Shown here: positions 28,999 to 39,201 of the stretch, piece by piece
Layout of the letters: the number at the start of each line of letters is the position of its first letter
Numbering within the stretch: position 1 is the stretch's first letter
DNA from: Gammaproteobacteria bacterium
GTDB taxonomy: Bacteria > Pseudomonadota > Gammaproteobacteria > Eutrophobiales > Eutrophobiaceae
Length of the DNA stretch: 64,000 nt
Assembly (NCBI GenBank): GCA_965243205.1
Contig: CBDEUK010000002.1
Span: 128,001 to 192,000 of the forward strand
Reading direction: 5' to 3'
Notes under the pieces: generated by a model
Database searches by the model: none
The model's input: the letters and a program-made list of their open reading frames with translations, nothing else
Told to the model about the DNA's origin: nothing
Made by a program: the position numbers and the translations under genes

Positions 28999-29562
28999 AT
29001 GATCGGCCTAAAAAGTGATGAAACATTAATGATTCAGTACCAGCAAGGTGACTGTAAGGCTTTTGAAAAATTGTATTCACGTCATAAGCAGAAATTGTTT
29101 CGTTTCATGCTAGGTATTTGTTCAGATCGTGCAATTGTTGAAGAGCTATTCCAAGATGTTTGGATGAAATTGATTGATGCAAAGGCTCGTTATCAGGCAG
29201 ATGCAAAATTTACGACCTATTTATTTCAAATTGCTAGAAATAGGGTGATTGATCATTATCGTAAACATTCAACAAAATCCGAATATAATTCCGTTGATAT
29301 GGATAGTTTGATTGAAAATAGTTTGCAACAGGAGTTTGATTCGCCAGAAAAAATAACTGAAGCAGAACAGACTCATAGTGTTATACATAAAATAATAAAA
29401 CAGTTACCGTTTGAGCAAAGAGAAGTTTTTTTATTAAAAGAAAACTCTGATTTAAGTATTCATGAAATTGCTGAGTTATTAGATGTAAACAGTGAAACGA
29501 TTAAAAGTCGGTTAAGGTATGCTTTAAAAAAAATTCAGTCTGGATTAGATGAAAATGGCTAA
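28999..29562 (+). CDS. ECF RNA polymerase sigma factor
   Basis: SDETLM...GD.KAFEKLY, EELFQDVW, FTTYLFQIARN..IDHYR, LPFEQREVFLL, TIKSRLRYA. Confidence 0.9.
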   Translation: MIGLKSDETLMIQYQQGDCKAFEKLYSRHKQKLFRFMLGICSDRAIVEELFQDVWMKLIDAKARYQADAKFTTYLFQIARNRVIDHYRKHSTKSEYNSVDMDSLIENSLQQEFDSPEKITEAEQTHSVIHKIIKQLPFEQREVFLLKENSDLSIHEIAELLDVNSETIKSRLRYALKKIQSGLDENG

Positions 29563-30577
29563 AACAGAAGATATTTTAGAACAATATTTAGCAGGCAAAT
29601 CTGATATTTCAAAACAATATCAGAAATCTGAACAGCCTAAAATCCCTAAACGGATTGACGATGTTGTTTTATCGTTAGCTAAATTTAGCGTGGTAACAAA
29701 TGAAGATGAAAATTCAAATGCAAGCTTTTTTCAAAGATGGCAAATTCCTTTGTCGGTTGCAGCTGTATTTGTCATATCAGCTAGTTTAGTGATGACACTT
29801 TATGATGAATATGGTCAAAGTTATTTAGATTCGCCATCGCCACAAACAGTAGATATTGATTCAGCTAGTAATAATATATTTACTAAGGATGATATAGTTG
29901 AAATAGAGGATAGAACTTTAGAGCAAGAAAATATTCAAGAATCTGAGTTGAATTCACCTTCTTTGGAACTTGATACTGTAGAAAGCTATGATTCTGATTC
30001 ATCTTTTCAAGAACCAAAATTAGAGGCTTACAGTCTTGAAGAAAAAATTGAAGTTAAGCAAGAAGCTTTGCCGAATAAATCTGTAAATCAGAAGCAAAGA
30101 TTACATGAAAATGTTATAAATGAATTTAGATTAGAAGAGGAGCCAGTAACTACTGGAAGCAATAAAATTATCGAAAAACCGGATCTAAAGGCATTTGAAT
30201 TAACAGATGCTTTAGATACAGATTTATTAAGCAAAGAAAAAGTTAAAGTGCTCTCAAGTGAGATAGATGAACTAAGACGTGCAAAAGCTGAGTTAGATAA
30301 AGAACAGAAAACATTGCAAGAATCGTTGGAGAGAAATAATTCTAGACAATCTGAGTTACAAAAAAAATTATTAGACACATCTGACTTAAAAGATATAAGC
30401 AGACAATCCTCAATAGAATTAAAAAAAATAAATGAGCTATGGGATCAAGGTAGTAAAGAAGAAGCAAAGAGATTATTAGTCGATTATTTAAAGAATAAAA
30501 GCATTAGCCTTGAACAGTTGAGAATTTATTTGCCTGATGAATTAATTAAAGCAGTCTTGAAAGAAAACAGAGAATAG
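29555..30577 (+). CDS. Probable membrane-anchored anti-sigma factor
   Basis: Overlaps the sigma-factor stop; single TM (WQIPLSVAAVFVI); acidic periplasmic region and coiled coil. Confidence 0.6.
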   Translation: MAKTEDILEQYLAGKSDISKQYQKSEQPKIPKRIDDVVLSLAKFSVVTNEDENSNASFFQRWQIPLSVAAVFVISASLVMTLYDEYGQSYLDSPSPQTVDIDSASNNIFTKDDIVEIEDRTLEQENIQESELNSPSLELDTVESYDSDSSFQEPKLEAYSLEEKIEVKQEALPNKSVNQKQRLHENVINEFRLEEEPVTTGSNKIIEKPDLKAFELTDALDTDLLSKEKVKVLSSEIDELRRAKAELDKEQKTLQESLERNNSRQSELQKKLLDTSDLKDISRQSSIELKKINELWDQGSKEEAKRLLVDYLKNKSISLEQLRIYLPDELIKAVLKENRE

Positions 30578-30651
30578 ATAGAGTGTGTTTCACAAAACAT
30601 CATTGATATATAGTACTATTTTTATTAATTTTTAAAATTACTACAATTACT

Positions 30652-31488
30652 ATGAAATTATCGAAAACTGAATTTAATAACTGGGATCGTAAAGCCATTA
30701 CTTTACTTGGTATGTCTGGTGTCGGTAAAACGCGTCTAGCTTATCAGTTGCGTAATCAACATTGGTTTCATTATTCTGGCGATTATCGCATAGGGACACG
30801 TTATCTCGATGAGCCTATTCTCGATAATATTAAGTTACAAGCCATGCAAGTTCCTTTTTTAAAAGATTTATTACGTTCGGATTCAATTCATATCGATAAC
30901 AATATTACTGTTGATAATTTAAAACCTGTTTCGACTTTTTTAGGAAAAATTGGTAACCCTGAACTAGGTGGCCTAGGCAAAGAAGAATTTCAAAAACGCC
31001 AAGCTTTGCATCATGTAGCAGAAGTAGCTGCTATGAAAGATGTGCCTGAATTTATTCGTAAAGCTCATGAAATTTATGGGTATGATAACTTTGTAAATGA
31101 TGCAGGTGGTAGTTTGTGTGAGCTTGATGATGAAAGTGTTATGCAAACGTTATCAGATAGTACGATTATTATTTATATCAAAGCCGATAATCAAGATGAA
31201 AATGAATTAATTGCTCGGGCAGAATCGGATCCTAAACCTTTGTATTATCGTACAGAATTTTTAGAGCAAGAATTAGAGACCTATATGAAGTTAAAGAATA
31301 TAGAATACGTTGCTTTGATTGAGCCAGATGATTTTGTACGTTGGGTTTTTCCACGCTTGTTCTATTCAAGAATACCTCGGTATGAATCTATCGCTAATAA
31401 ATATGGTTATATAGTTAGTGCTAAAGATATTGCACGAGTGAAAACTGAATCTGATTTCATCGAATTGATTAGTTCAGTTTTAGATTAG
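30652..31488 (+). CDS. Uncharacterised P-loop NTPase (kinase-like fold) upstream of metA
   Basis: GMSGVGKT Walker A, HYSGDYRIGTRY, FVNDAGGS. Confidence 0.8.
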   Translation: MKLSKTEFNNWDRKAITLLGMSGVGKTRLAYQLRNQHWFHYSGDYRIGTRYLDEPILDNIKLQAMQVPFLKDLLRSDSIHIDNNITVDNLKPVSTFLGKIGNPELGGLGKEEFQKRQALHHVAEVAAMKDVPEFIRKAHEIYGYDNFVNDAGGSLCELDDESVMQTLSDSTIIIYIKADNQDENELIARAESDPKPLYYRTEFLEQELETYMKLKNIEYVALIEPDDFVRWVFPRLFYSRIPRYESIANKYGYIVSAKDIARVKTESDFIELISSVLD

Positions 31489-31497
31489 AGTAATACT

Positions 31498-32562
31498 ATG
31501 CCGTTAGTTGCTAATACAGATCTACCTAGCCTTGAGCGTTTAAGAGCTGAAGGCGAAACCGTTTTAGCCGCCGATCATGCAATTCATCAAGATATCCGAG
31601 AATTGCATATTGGTTTATTAAACATGATGCCTGACAAAGCATTAGCTGCGACTGAACGTCAGTTTTTTCGTTTAGTCGGTCAGAGTAATCAAATAGCTCA
31701 ATTTTATGTGCATCCCTTTAGTATCGATGGCTTACAACGTTCTGAAGAAGGCTCTCAACATATCAAACAATATTATGAAACCTTTGAAGAGATTAAAGAA
31801 CAAGGTTTAGATGCTTTAATTATTACTGGTGCAAATGTTATTGGGCGAGAATTATCAGCACAACCATTTTGGGAACCGTTAATCGAAATAGTTGATTGGG
31901 CTTATGATAATGTTACGTCGATATTATGTTCATGTTTAGCAACACATGCGGTTTGTCAATTTCGCTATGGCTTAAATAGAAGGGCATTACCGGAAAAACG
32001 TTGGGGAGTTTATTCACATACTGTTAATGATCGAAATCATTCTTTAGTTCGTGGAGTGAATAATCGTTTTGATGTCCCTCATTCACGTTTTAATCAGATT
32101 GATGCCGAACAATTTAATCAAGCCGGCTTGAAAATCTTAGTAGAAAGTGAAGAAGCGGGGGTGCATTTGGCTGCGAGTGAAGATGGCTTTCGGATTATAT
32201 TTTTCCAAGGACATCCTGAATACGATGTAATTAGTTTAATGAAAGAATATAAACGTGAAGTAGGGCGTTTTATTAATAACGAAACTGATAGTTATCCGCC
32301 TTTTCCAGATAATTATTTTGATACTCGAACAAAAGGTATTTTAAACGAATATAAAAATAAACTAATTCGCTCAAGAGGTGATAACAAATCTGTTGCAGAA
32401 TTTCCTGAACATTTATTAATACCTAATTTATATAACACTTGGCATGATACAGCTGAAGCGGTATTAAATAATTGGATAGGAAAGGTATATCAAATTACTA
32501 ATATAGATCGTAAACAACCATTTCGAGAAGGAATATCTCCAGATAACCCTTTAGGTTTATAA
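31498..32562 (+). CDS. metA: Homoserine O-acyltransferase (MetA family)
   Basis: QDIRELHIGLLNMMP, ATERQ, DALIITGA, SC nucleophile region, PHSR, QGHPEY. Confidence 0.92.
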   Translation: MPLVANTDLPSLERLRAEGETVLAADHAIHQDIRELHIGLLNMMPDKALAATERQFFRLVGQSNQIAQFYVHPFSIDGLQRSEEGSQHIKQYYETFEEIKEQGLDALIITGANVIGRELSAQPFWEPLIEIVDWAYDNVTSILCSCLATHAVCQFRYGLNRRALPEKRWGVYSHTVNDRNHSLVRGVNNRFDVPHSRFNQIDAEQFNQAGLKILVESEEAGVHLAASEDGFRIIFFQGHPEYDVISLMKEYKREVGRFINNETDSYPPFPDNYFDTRTKGILNEYKNKLIRSRGDNKSVAEFPEHLLIPNLYNTWHDTAEAVLNNWIGKVYQITNIDRKQPFREGISPDNPLGL

Positions 32563-32566
32563 ATAT

Positions 32567-32592
32567 AAAAGCCCTCGGATGAGGGCTTTTTT
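32567..32592. terminator. Bidirectional intrinsic terminator between metA and pilE
   Basis: AAAAGCCCTC-ggat-GAGGGCTTTTTT. Confidence 0.85.
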
Positions 32593-32607
32593 GTTCTTTA
32601 GTATTAG

Positions 32608-33087
32608 TTACCAACAATAATTAACTTCAGTGACATCAGCAGCAGCACCCGAATCGGAACAATGTGCTCCAGAAACAGTGCATCTTACTCCTTGCTCATT
32701 TAATCTTAGATCAGCACATCGTGTATCTGCTTGTTGGACTACGCTAGCTCTTGTGATTTCCATAGAGTAAGTGGTTGCGTTTTGAGGGACATTATTTCCA
32801 CCATCGAAAGTAAAAGTGTAATGCGGATTATTACCTGCAGGATTTTGTAATAATCCAGCAGGAATAGCGATAGGGTTTCCTGCACGGTCTTGATCATATC
32901 GACCATTCTCAGAATATACTCTTTCCATATATTGAGCTAGTTCTAGTGCTGCGCCTGTTCCATCAGCTCGTCTTGCCTTAATCATATAATCTTGATACGA
33001 AGGATAAGCTACGGCTGCGATAATTGCGACAATAGCCATTACTATTAAAAGCTCTATTAATGACATGCCTTTTTGTTTTATATTCAT
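32608..33087 (-). CDS. pilE: Type IV minor pilin PilE
   Basis: KQKG|MSLIELLIVMAIVAIIAAVAYPSY..Y..KARRADG. Confidence 0.88.
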   Translation of the reverse strand: MNIKQKGMSLIELLIVMAIVAIIAAVAYPSYQDYMIKARRADGTGAALELAQYMERVYSENGRYDQDRAGNPIAIPAGLLQNPAGNNPHYTFTFDGGNNVPQNATTYSMEITRASVVQQADTRCADLRLNEQGVRCTVSGAHCSDSGAAADVTEVNYCW

Positions 33088-33093
33088 ATTTAA

Positions 33094-33411
33094 TTACCAA
33101 AGTGAAATAAAGTTATCAGGTATTTTATCGATTATCCAAACTTCTGTAACAGTGTTTCTCTCTTTGTTGTATCCAACTGTTTGATTCTGGACTAAGTGTT
33201 GAGGGCCTATAATATCCACGCCTTTAGCATGTACTATAACTGCAGAACTTATTGGATAAGCAATATCACTAATTATTATCGTATTATCCTCATATCTTAT
33301 TGAATCTATGATTCCAGCACTATTATATGGTATGTCCTCAGCAAAAGATGCAGAAGAAAAGAATATTAAAGTAAATACTAAAGAATAAATTAATTTAATT
33401 TTTAAAATCAT
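33094..33411 (-). CDS. PilY2-like small periplasmic protein
   Basis: Signal peptide, G.IDSI....IIISD..Y; position between pilY1 and pilE. Confidence 0.55.
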   Translation of the reverse strand: MILKIKLIYSLVFTLIFFSSASFAEDIPYNSAGIIDSIRYEDNTIIISDIAYPISSAVIVHAKGVDIIGPQHLVQNQTVGYNKERNTVTEVWIIDKIPDNFISLW

Positions 33412-33421
33412 ATCAATCACC

Positions 33422-36400
33422 TTATTGAATTTGTCGCCATGAGGTACGGCCAAGAATTAAATCACCACCAGCAACTTTATTTTGTTGTGGGCGTCCACCT
33501 CCAACAAGTTTGGTATTCAAGAAATTAAGACCATCTTTGGTTACTTGTAGGCCAGGGCCACCAATAGTTCCAGAAATTTTTACAGCGCTAGGTGCAGTAC
33601 CATTCACTAAGTCATTTGAATCTACTATATCATCTGAATTAAAGTTGAATAAAGGAGCTTGGGGGCGTCTACCTTGTATGGCATCAATACCAGTGAGGAA
33701 AGAATCACCATCAAAATTACATGGTGTATTTGTAGGTATATAAGTATTAAAAAATACAAAGCCAAATATTACGATAGGGGCGCTTATGATTCTTTCCCCT
33801 GGTTCAATAAGATAATCCAAATACCATCCATCAAGGTTTGGATTTACAGGGTTGTCAGAAGTTATTCTACCTTCGGAACCATCCTGTGCGACAGTGTTGT
33901 CAACAGTTTGCGCAACTTTATTTGCCCTGGCTGCAGCTGGGCGAGAACCATTCAGCCTGTCACGTAATCCATAAAAAGTATTTTGTTGTACTGGAGGAGT
34001 CAAGAAATTATCATTTGGCTCAAGAAATTTACCTGTACCAAATAATAATACGAACCCTCCTTCGGGATGAGTTGCGATAGTAGGTTTGGAGGTTATTGAC
34101 TGAGGTGCTCCTCCAACTGCCTCAACAGCAGTGTAAAATGGTTCGGGGTTTGTAGTTGAGCCATGCGAAAAATCCCAAGCGTTTTCACTCGTTGAGGTAA
34201 TATCAATTTTCCACATATTCCCCAGTAAGTCACCAGCATATATATAATCAGCAATGCGGTCATTATCGATATCTACAACTAAAGGCTCAGCCATACCGTT
34301 ATCCTGGCCCGTTGAGGTTGCACCAGTACCGCCAGTATTGGTATCAAATTGTTTGATAATAGAACCATCTTCAGCATCGAGAATAAAAATCTGAGCTTTG
34401 TTATTTTCCGCAGTTCCAGAACCACTGTTATAGCCGTTACCAAAAATGACACCCCATTTTCCATTATATAGCCTAACTACATTTGGGCTATGGTCAATAA
34501 GGCCAAGTTGTTCGTATCCAGCATCATTACTATTGCGTTCCCATAATGCAGGATTATTGTTATTGGCGAATGGGTCAGTGATATCCAGTAAAAATACACC
34601 TCGACCACCTTCACCAAGGGCACTGGCATAAACGGTATTCCATGTACCATTAAGATAGGCATCTCCAGCAAATCCAGGAGAATTCACATAAAATTTATGG
34701 CCGTAGCTTGGGTCGGTTAAAAGATGTAAATTACTATGAACGGTTTTAGGTACATAACCGAAGACTTCAGTTCCTGACGGAGTGCCATTATTATTAAGGG
34801 TTCTGAATGCATGTAACATACCGTCGTTTGCACCCACTAAAACTAATGAATTTGCATCTCCTGAGGAAGTTGAATACCTTTGTCTTTTAATAGATAGGTA
34901 AGCATTATAGTTTGCACCTTCAGATCCTGGTAAAACATCATAACTGAAATCACTTGAGGTACTTACAAATGGAGTTGAAGAAACAATATCACCTAATAAA
35001 GTATCTTCACGATTCCTAAAGGTATTGTTTGGCGCATTTGCAGTATTATTTTGTTCTCTTGACCAATCTCCAGCAATATAATTAATTACATCACTGCCCG
35101 GAAATGCAGGTGTTGTTGCTGGTGGTAAAAGTGGTGGAGCAGTGGCGGCAACTAAATCCGGATCAGCAGTACTGAATTGTATGGGTGTATCGGTTCCTGA
35201 TTTATTAACGATCGTATATATATTGTTTCGTGGAGTAATTGCACCAGTGGTTGTTCTATTAGGACTTGTACCAGACGTAGTTCGGTTAAGGCCTGATACT
35301 GAAGCAGCATCCCAAGAAGGATTTTGCGCAACATTCCCGTTTTGAAATATTTCAAATGCTGCGAGGCTACCAGTATTATCTTCACTATCAAATCCTGCAG
35401 AAAATACAAAACTATCACCTCTTAAAATCGTATTACTTAAGGCAACTGATGTCCCACTGAAAGAGTTACGTGAATTAATATCCTGAATAGCTGCTAATAA
35501 AGAAGTGATTAATTGTTGCGGATCCTCTGCACTTAGGAATTCTCCACGGCCATTAAAAGCAGCGTGTCGTAAATCATCAATGGTCGTTTGAGCATTAGCA
35601 GTAGGCGCAGGCCACCCGCCTGTCGTAGCCACTGGATTACCCAATGGTGGCGGTGTTGCTGGATCATGGTTGGCAGGAACAGGGGCTCCCGGAACTGGGG
35701 CAGCGAGAGTACCCGTTACCCCAAATGCAACACCATAGGTGACCATGTGTTGTTGGTTATTTTCATCAATCACTGGAATAAAAGGGACGTTATCCGCTAA
35801 TGTTGATAAATCACGTTCATAATAATGCATAGCGATATCAGCTAAAGTATTCGATGAATTATCCGCATGAGGTCCTCCATCAAGTTGAATCGATTCTGGG
35901 GTATTATCGCCGTTAACATCTAATTGAATAGTTGTAGGAGTACCACCACCATCAGTATTACCTAATCCAGTAAATCCACCATTCCAGAACCCGTCAGACA
36001 TTAAAACGGTGTAATTCTGTTGGCATTCACCACCCAGAGATTGTGATAGAATTGGTGAATTACTATCGAAGCCTAACTGGTCACTATTAGGTTGTTGTGC
36101 AACACCTTCATAATATCTTCCAACGTTATCCAAAAGTCTTCTTAGTGGAGTACCGCCAGTAGAATTGATTTGGAAAACTTCATCTAACAAAGTATCCTTA
36201 TCAGTATTAATTGTCATATCTGCTACTGCAGTGCCAACATCGTTATTGTTATGTAAGGTTGCAAGTCCCATTCGAGCAGTGGATGTAGTGATTAACTCAG
36301 ACATAACACGTTTTAGAACGAGTTCACGTTTTCGGTAATAGCTGTACCAGTTCGCATAGTTTGTTGCTTCAGCTGAGCCTGTTGTAACATAAACGACATT

Positions 36401-36976
36401 CGCATTTGCGGCAGGCGCAGTATTTAGAGTTGCGGGTGTAGGGCACTCGCCATTCTCATAAACGTTATCACCGTCATCATTCCAAACGTAATAATAACTG
36501 TTGTTTAAATTTGTTATACTATTCGGGTCATACGGATCGATTCTGGCTTGTGTCAATGACATATCAGTATAAGCATTGCCTGCATTATCTTCACCTAACC
36601 AAGGTGTATAAGTAATTGCAGGGTTATAGGCTAATACGTTGTATCCCGCACATAATTCTCTTTCCACTAAATCACGAATGGGTTCGCCACCAGTAAAATT
36701 AAAAATATGAGGGAATAAAAAGATATTACCGCTGTTTCGAAAGAAATTTAAACCGCCAGGGCCATGGACATTTAATGCTTCGTTACTTAATAAAACTTCC
36801 CAATCCATACTTCCCGAATCATCAACAGCCAACATAATGTTGGGTTGAATGTTAGTACCTACAAATATAGGAGTATCAGGAATATTGATATCAGCATTTG
36901 CTGCTTGATTGATGCCTAACGTTAAAGTGAAAACACTCATCAGGCTTATGTTAAAAAATCGTTTGAAAAATTGCAT
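33422..36976 (-). CDS. pilY1: Type IV pilus tip adhesin PilY1
   Basis: PNIMLAVDDSGSM vWA start, LGDIVSS, VGANDGMLHAF, Ca-loop DIDNDRIAD, YAGDLLGNMWK, C-terminal RTSWRQI. Confidence 0.92.
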   Translation of the reverse strand: MQFFKRFFNISLMSVFTLTLGINQAANADINIPDTPIFVGTNIQPNIMLAVDDSGSMDWEVLLSNEALNVHGPGGLNFFRNSGNIFLFPHIFNFTGGEPIRDLVERELCAGYNVLAYNPAITYTPWLGEDNAGNAYTDMSLTQARIDPYDPNSITNLNNSYYYVWNDDGDNVYENGECPTPATLNTAPAANANVVYVTTGSAEATNYANWYSYYRKRELVLKRVMSELITTSTARMGLATLHNNNDVGTAVADMTINTDKDTLLDEVFQINSTGGTPLRRLLDNVGRYYEGVAQQPNSDQLGFDSNSPILSQSLGGECQQNYTVLMSDGFWNGGFTGLGNTDGGGTPTTIQLDVNGDNTPESIQLDGGPHADNSSNTLADIAMHYYERDLSTLADNVPFIPVIDENNQQHMVTYGVAFGVTGTLAAPVPGAPVPANHDPATPPPLGNPVATTGGWPAPTANAQTTIDDLRHAAFNGRGEFLSAEDPQQLITSLLAAIQDINSRNSFSGTSVALSNTILRGDSFVFSAGFDSEDNTGSLAAFEIFQNGNVAQNPSWDAASVSGLNRTTSGTSPNRTTTGAITPRNNIYTIVNKSGTDTPIQFSTADPDLVAATAPPLLPPATTPAFPGSDVINYIAGDWSREQNNTANAPNNTFRNREDTLLGDIVSSTPFVSTSSDFSYDVLPGSEGANYNAYLSIKRQRYSTSSGDANSLVLVGANDGMLHAFRTLNNNGTPSGTEVFGYVPKTVHSNLHLLTDPSYGHKFYVNSPGFAGDAYLNGTWNTVYASALGEGGRGVFLLDITDPFANNNNPALWERNSNDAGYEQLGLIDHSPNVVRLYNGKWGVIFGNGYNSGSGTAENNKAQIFILDAEDGSIIKQFDTNTGGTGATSTGQDNGMAEPLVVDIDNDRIADYIYAGDLLGNMWKIDITSTSENAWDFSHGSTTNPEPFYTAVEAVGGAPQSITSKPTIATHPEGGFVLLFGTGKFLEPNDNFLTPPVQQNTFYGLRDRLNGSRPAAARANKVAQTVDNTVAQDGSEGRITSDNPVNPNLDGWYLDYLIEPGERIISAPIVIFGFVFFNTYIPTNTPCNFDGDSFLTGIDAIQGRRPQAPLFNFNSDDIVDSNDLVNGTAPSAVKISGTIGGPGLQVTKDGLNFLNTKLVGGGRPQQNKVAGGDLILGRTSWRQIQ

Positions 36977-36999
36977 AGTCAGTCTCTCCAAGAGAACTA

Positions 37000-37602
37000 T
37001 CAGAAGATTTTATAAGTAGATTGTAAGATGGTGGATGTTTGGTCATTTAAACCTTGGCTTCTGGCCGTTATTCGATAAATTCGATTTTCGCAGGAAGAAC
37101 CGGCCGGTGTTTTTAAATCTATATTACAGTCAACATCAATCAAAGAGCCTGTGTAATTTTCGATAATAAAACTTGGGTCAAAACTATTAGGATTACTGGG
37201 ATCTTGGCCTGAAATTTGTAATGTAGCTGCATCATCAGTGGAATTAGCATTGTTTGCGTTGGTGTACCATCCATTTGAGTCTTTACCATTAGCCGAATCC
37301 CATACTGGATAATTTACTGTATCACTCGGTGGAATTTTATCGTAACAACCTGTTTCACAATTAGCAAAATCAGTTGCAATGTTTATAAAATTTTCTGCGT
37401 AATCTTCACCGTCACGTAGTACTGCTTCAGCAGCCTGGAAAGATGCTTGTTTGTTATACACACTACCCGTCATTTTTTCTTCAGTCGTTGTGGTAGTAAT
37501 GCCACTTAACCCAATTAAGGTTAAAACGACTAATAAAGCTAAACAGGTAATCAAAGCAGCGCCTGTTTGTTTATGAAGATTAGGAATAGTTAATTTATTC
37601 AT
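37000..37602 (-). CDS. pilX: Type IV minor pilin PilX
   Basis: KQTG|AALITCL, SFQAAEAVLR.GE, YRITARSQG. Confidence 0.88.
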   Translation of the reverse strand: MNKLTIPNLHKQTGAALITCLALLVVLTLIGLSGITTTTTEEKMTGSVYNKQASFQAAEAVLRDGEDYAENFINIATDFANCETGCYDKIPPSDTVNYPVWDSANGKDSNGWYTNANNANSTDDAATLQISGQDPSNPNSFDPSFIIENYTGSLIDVDCNIDLKTPAGSSCENRIYRITARSQGLNDQTSTILQSTYKIF

Positions 37603-37614
37603 AGTAGATTCTCA

Positions 37615-38682
37615 CTAAGGTAGCTGGTTACGAATAGAAATGGTTGAACTATAGACTGTACGTAATCGACGATCAGCTGGAGCAGGGATATTGCCACCAT
37701 CAAAAAATACAGTTTGTCCTGCTTGTGTTGTAATCCCATCAGCGCTCCTTAAAAGTAAATTAATTCGAACACTACGAACAGTAGACATGTCTAATGCTGC
37801 ATCAACAGCTTGATATGTATCTGGATATGTATCACCACCTGTATCAACTCCATAAAGAATTTCTAAGTCTTCAACTCCATCAGCCAGCTCAATTGAGTTA
37901 TAGCCTCCAGTTGATGGGTCCCATTGGTCAACCCATAGTGCAGGTTCTCTGTTTGCAACAGGAATACTAAGATCAATTTGGCTTGGTGCTATATAGTATG
38001 TATTGGATAGAAATTGATAGACGAATGCGTCATCAGCATACGCTTGACTTAGTGCTGCATTTGGAGTGATATCTTGACTATTACCATTATCAGCAAATGC
38101 TTGAATATCAAAAATATCTGAACGTACGCAATTCGTTATAATTGCGCCCTGGCCATTTCGAAAATTACATTGGTTTGGTGCAAAAACATTAATGGAGGCA
38201 CCTGGATTAGTTGTAGTAGTAACTGCGGCACCACATTGATTGGCGCGTTGAATGGTTATTGTATCGGTTGCAGGTAAAATAGTCGCAATGGTTGCGCTAT
38301 TTAAATTAACTGGTAATACAGGATCTCTAACGCCACCTTGTCCGTCGGTTCCGGCAATAACGTTGGTTAAATTGCTGTTAGCATCAACTATTGGATAAGG
38401 AAGAGCAACAATCGTCGTATTATCAGTGACAGGAGCGTTCCCTTCTCGACTGGCACATCCTGTAAACCCTACCATACGAATGTCATTGGCAATTGTTTCA
38501 ACGATAAATCGTCCAGACTGTTGCATGCGTGATAATGCACTTTCTGAGCGGTAAGTTTGTTGGTTGCTGATAAATAATTGGGCTGCTCCAGCAGTTAGTA
38601 TTAAGCCAATAACCAAGGCAACTTGTATTTCAATTAATGAGAGTCCAGTTTGAGATTTTTTTGTCATTATTAGAGTTTTCAT
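37615..38682 (-). CDS. pilW: Type IV minor pilin PilW
   Basis: QTG|LSLIE, MQQSGRF...DIRMVGF.GC, GVEDLEILYGVD, IRN. Confidence 0.88.
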   Translation of the reverse strand: MKTLIMTKKSQTGLSLIEIQVALVIGLILTAGAAQLFISNQQTYRSESALSRMQQSGRFIVETIANDIRMVGFTGCASREGNAPVTDNTTIVALPYPIVDANSNLTNVIAGTDGQGGVRDPVLPVNLNSATIATILPATDTITIQRANQCGAAVTTTTNPGASINVFAPNQCNFRNGQGAIITNCVRSDIFDIQAFADNGNSQDITPNAALSQAYADDAFVYQFLSNTYYIAPSQIDLSIPVANREPALWVDQWDPSTGGYNSIELADGVEDLEILYGVDTGGDTYPDTYQAVDAALDMSTVRSVRINLLLRSADGITTQAGQTVFFDGGNIPAPADRRLRTVYSSTISIRNQLP

Positions 38683-38684
38683 AT

Positions 38685-39194
38685 TTATAGCTCTGAATTA
38701 AAAACAAATTCGGTTGTAGTTACATCATTGTCAAAATCAGAAACTTGGCTTTGAGTACTACCACCGATCCTGTTTTCATCCCATTGAATGACAACCTGGC
38801 AAATTGTATTTGCTGCACCAACACCAGCAAGTGGACAAGTAATTTGAGCATCAGCTGCGCCAGGTAAGGCTTGCTGTAGATTTGCATACCAAGAGCTTAA
38901 GTCCGCAGCAGATAATGGTGCTACAGCGGGAGCAGGCGCTAGATCATCTAGATCGCGATTATAAGCTCCTGCTAAAGCTTGGGTTTGATTTGCTCGCATT
39001 CTATCCATAATGTCATAAGCTAAAAAAATAGCTTGTCCTCGGTTGTATGCTCCATGGTTTGTTTTTAATGATGTTGCTTGTAAAGCAGCCAAACCTAGTA
39101 AGCCAATCGACATAACTAGTAATGCAACAAGAACCTCTATCAATGTAAAGCCTTTAGGTGATTTAATAATTTTAAATTTAGTTTTCATAATCAT
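38685..39194 (-). CDS. pilV: Type IV minor pilin PilV
   Basis: KG|FTLIEVLVAL...GLLGLAALQ, DIMDRMRAN. Confidence 0.9.
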   Translation of the reverse strand: MIMKTKFKIIKSPKGFTLIEVLVALLVMSIGLLGLAALQATSLKTNHGAYNRGQAIFLAYDIMDRMRANQTQALAGAYNRDLDDLAPAPAVAPLSAADLSSWYANLQQALPGAADAQITCPLAGVGAANTICQVVIQWDENRIGGSTQSQVSDFDNDVTTTEFVFNSEL

Positions 39195-39201
39195 TTTGTT
39201 C

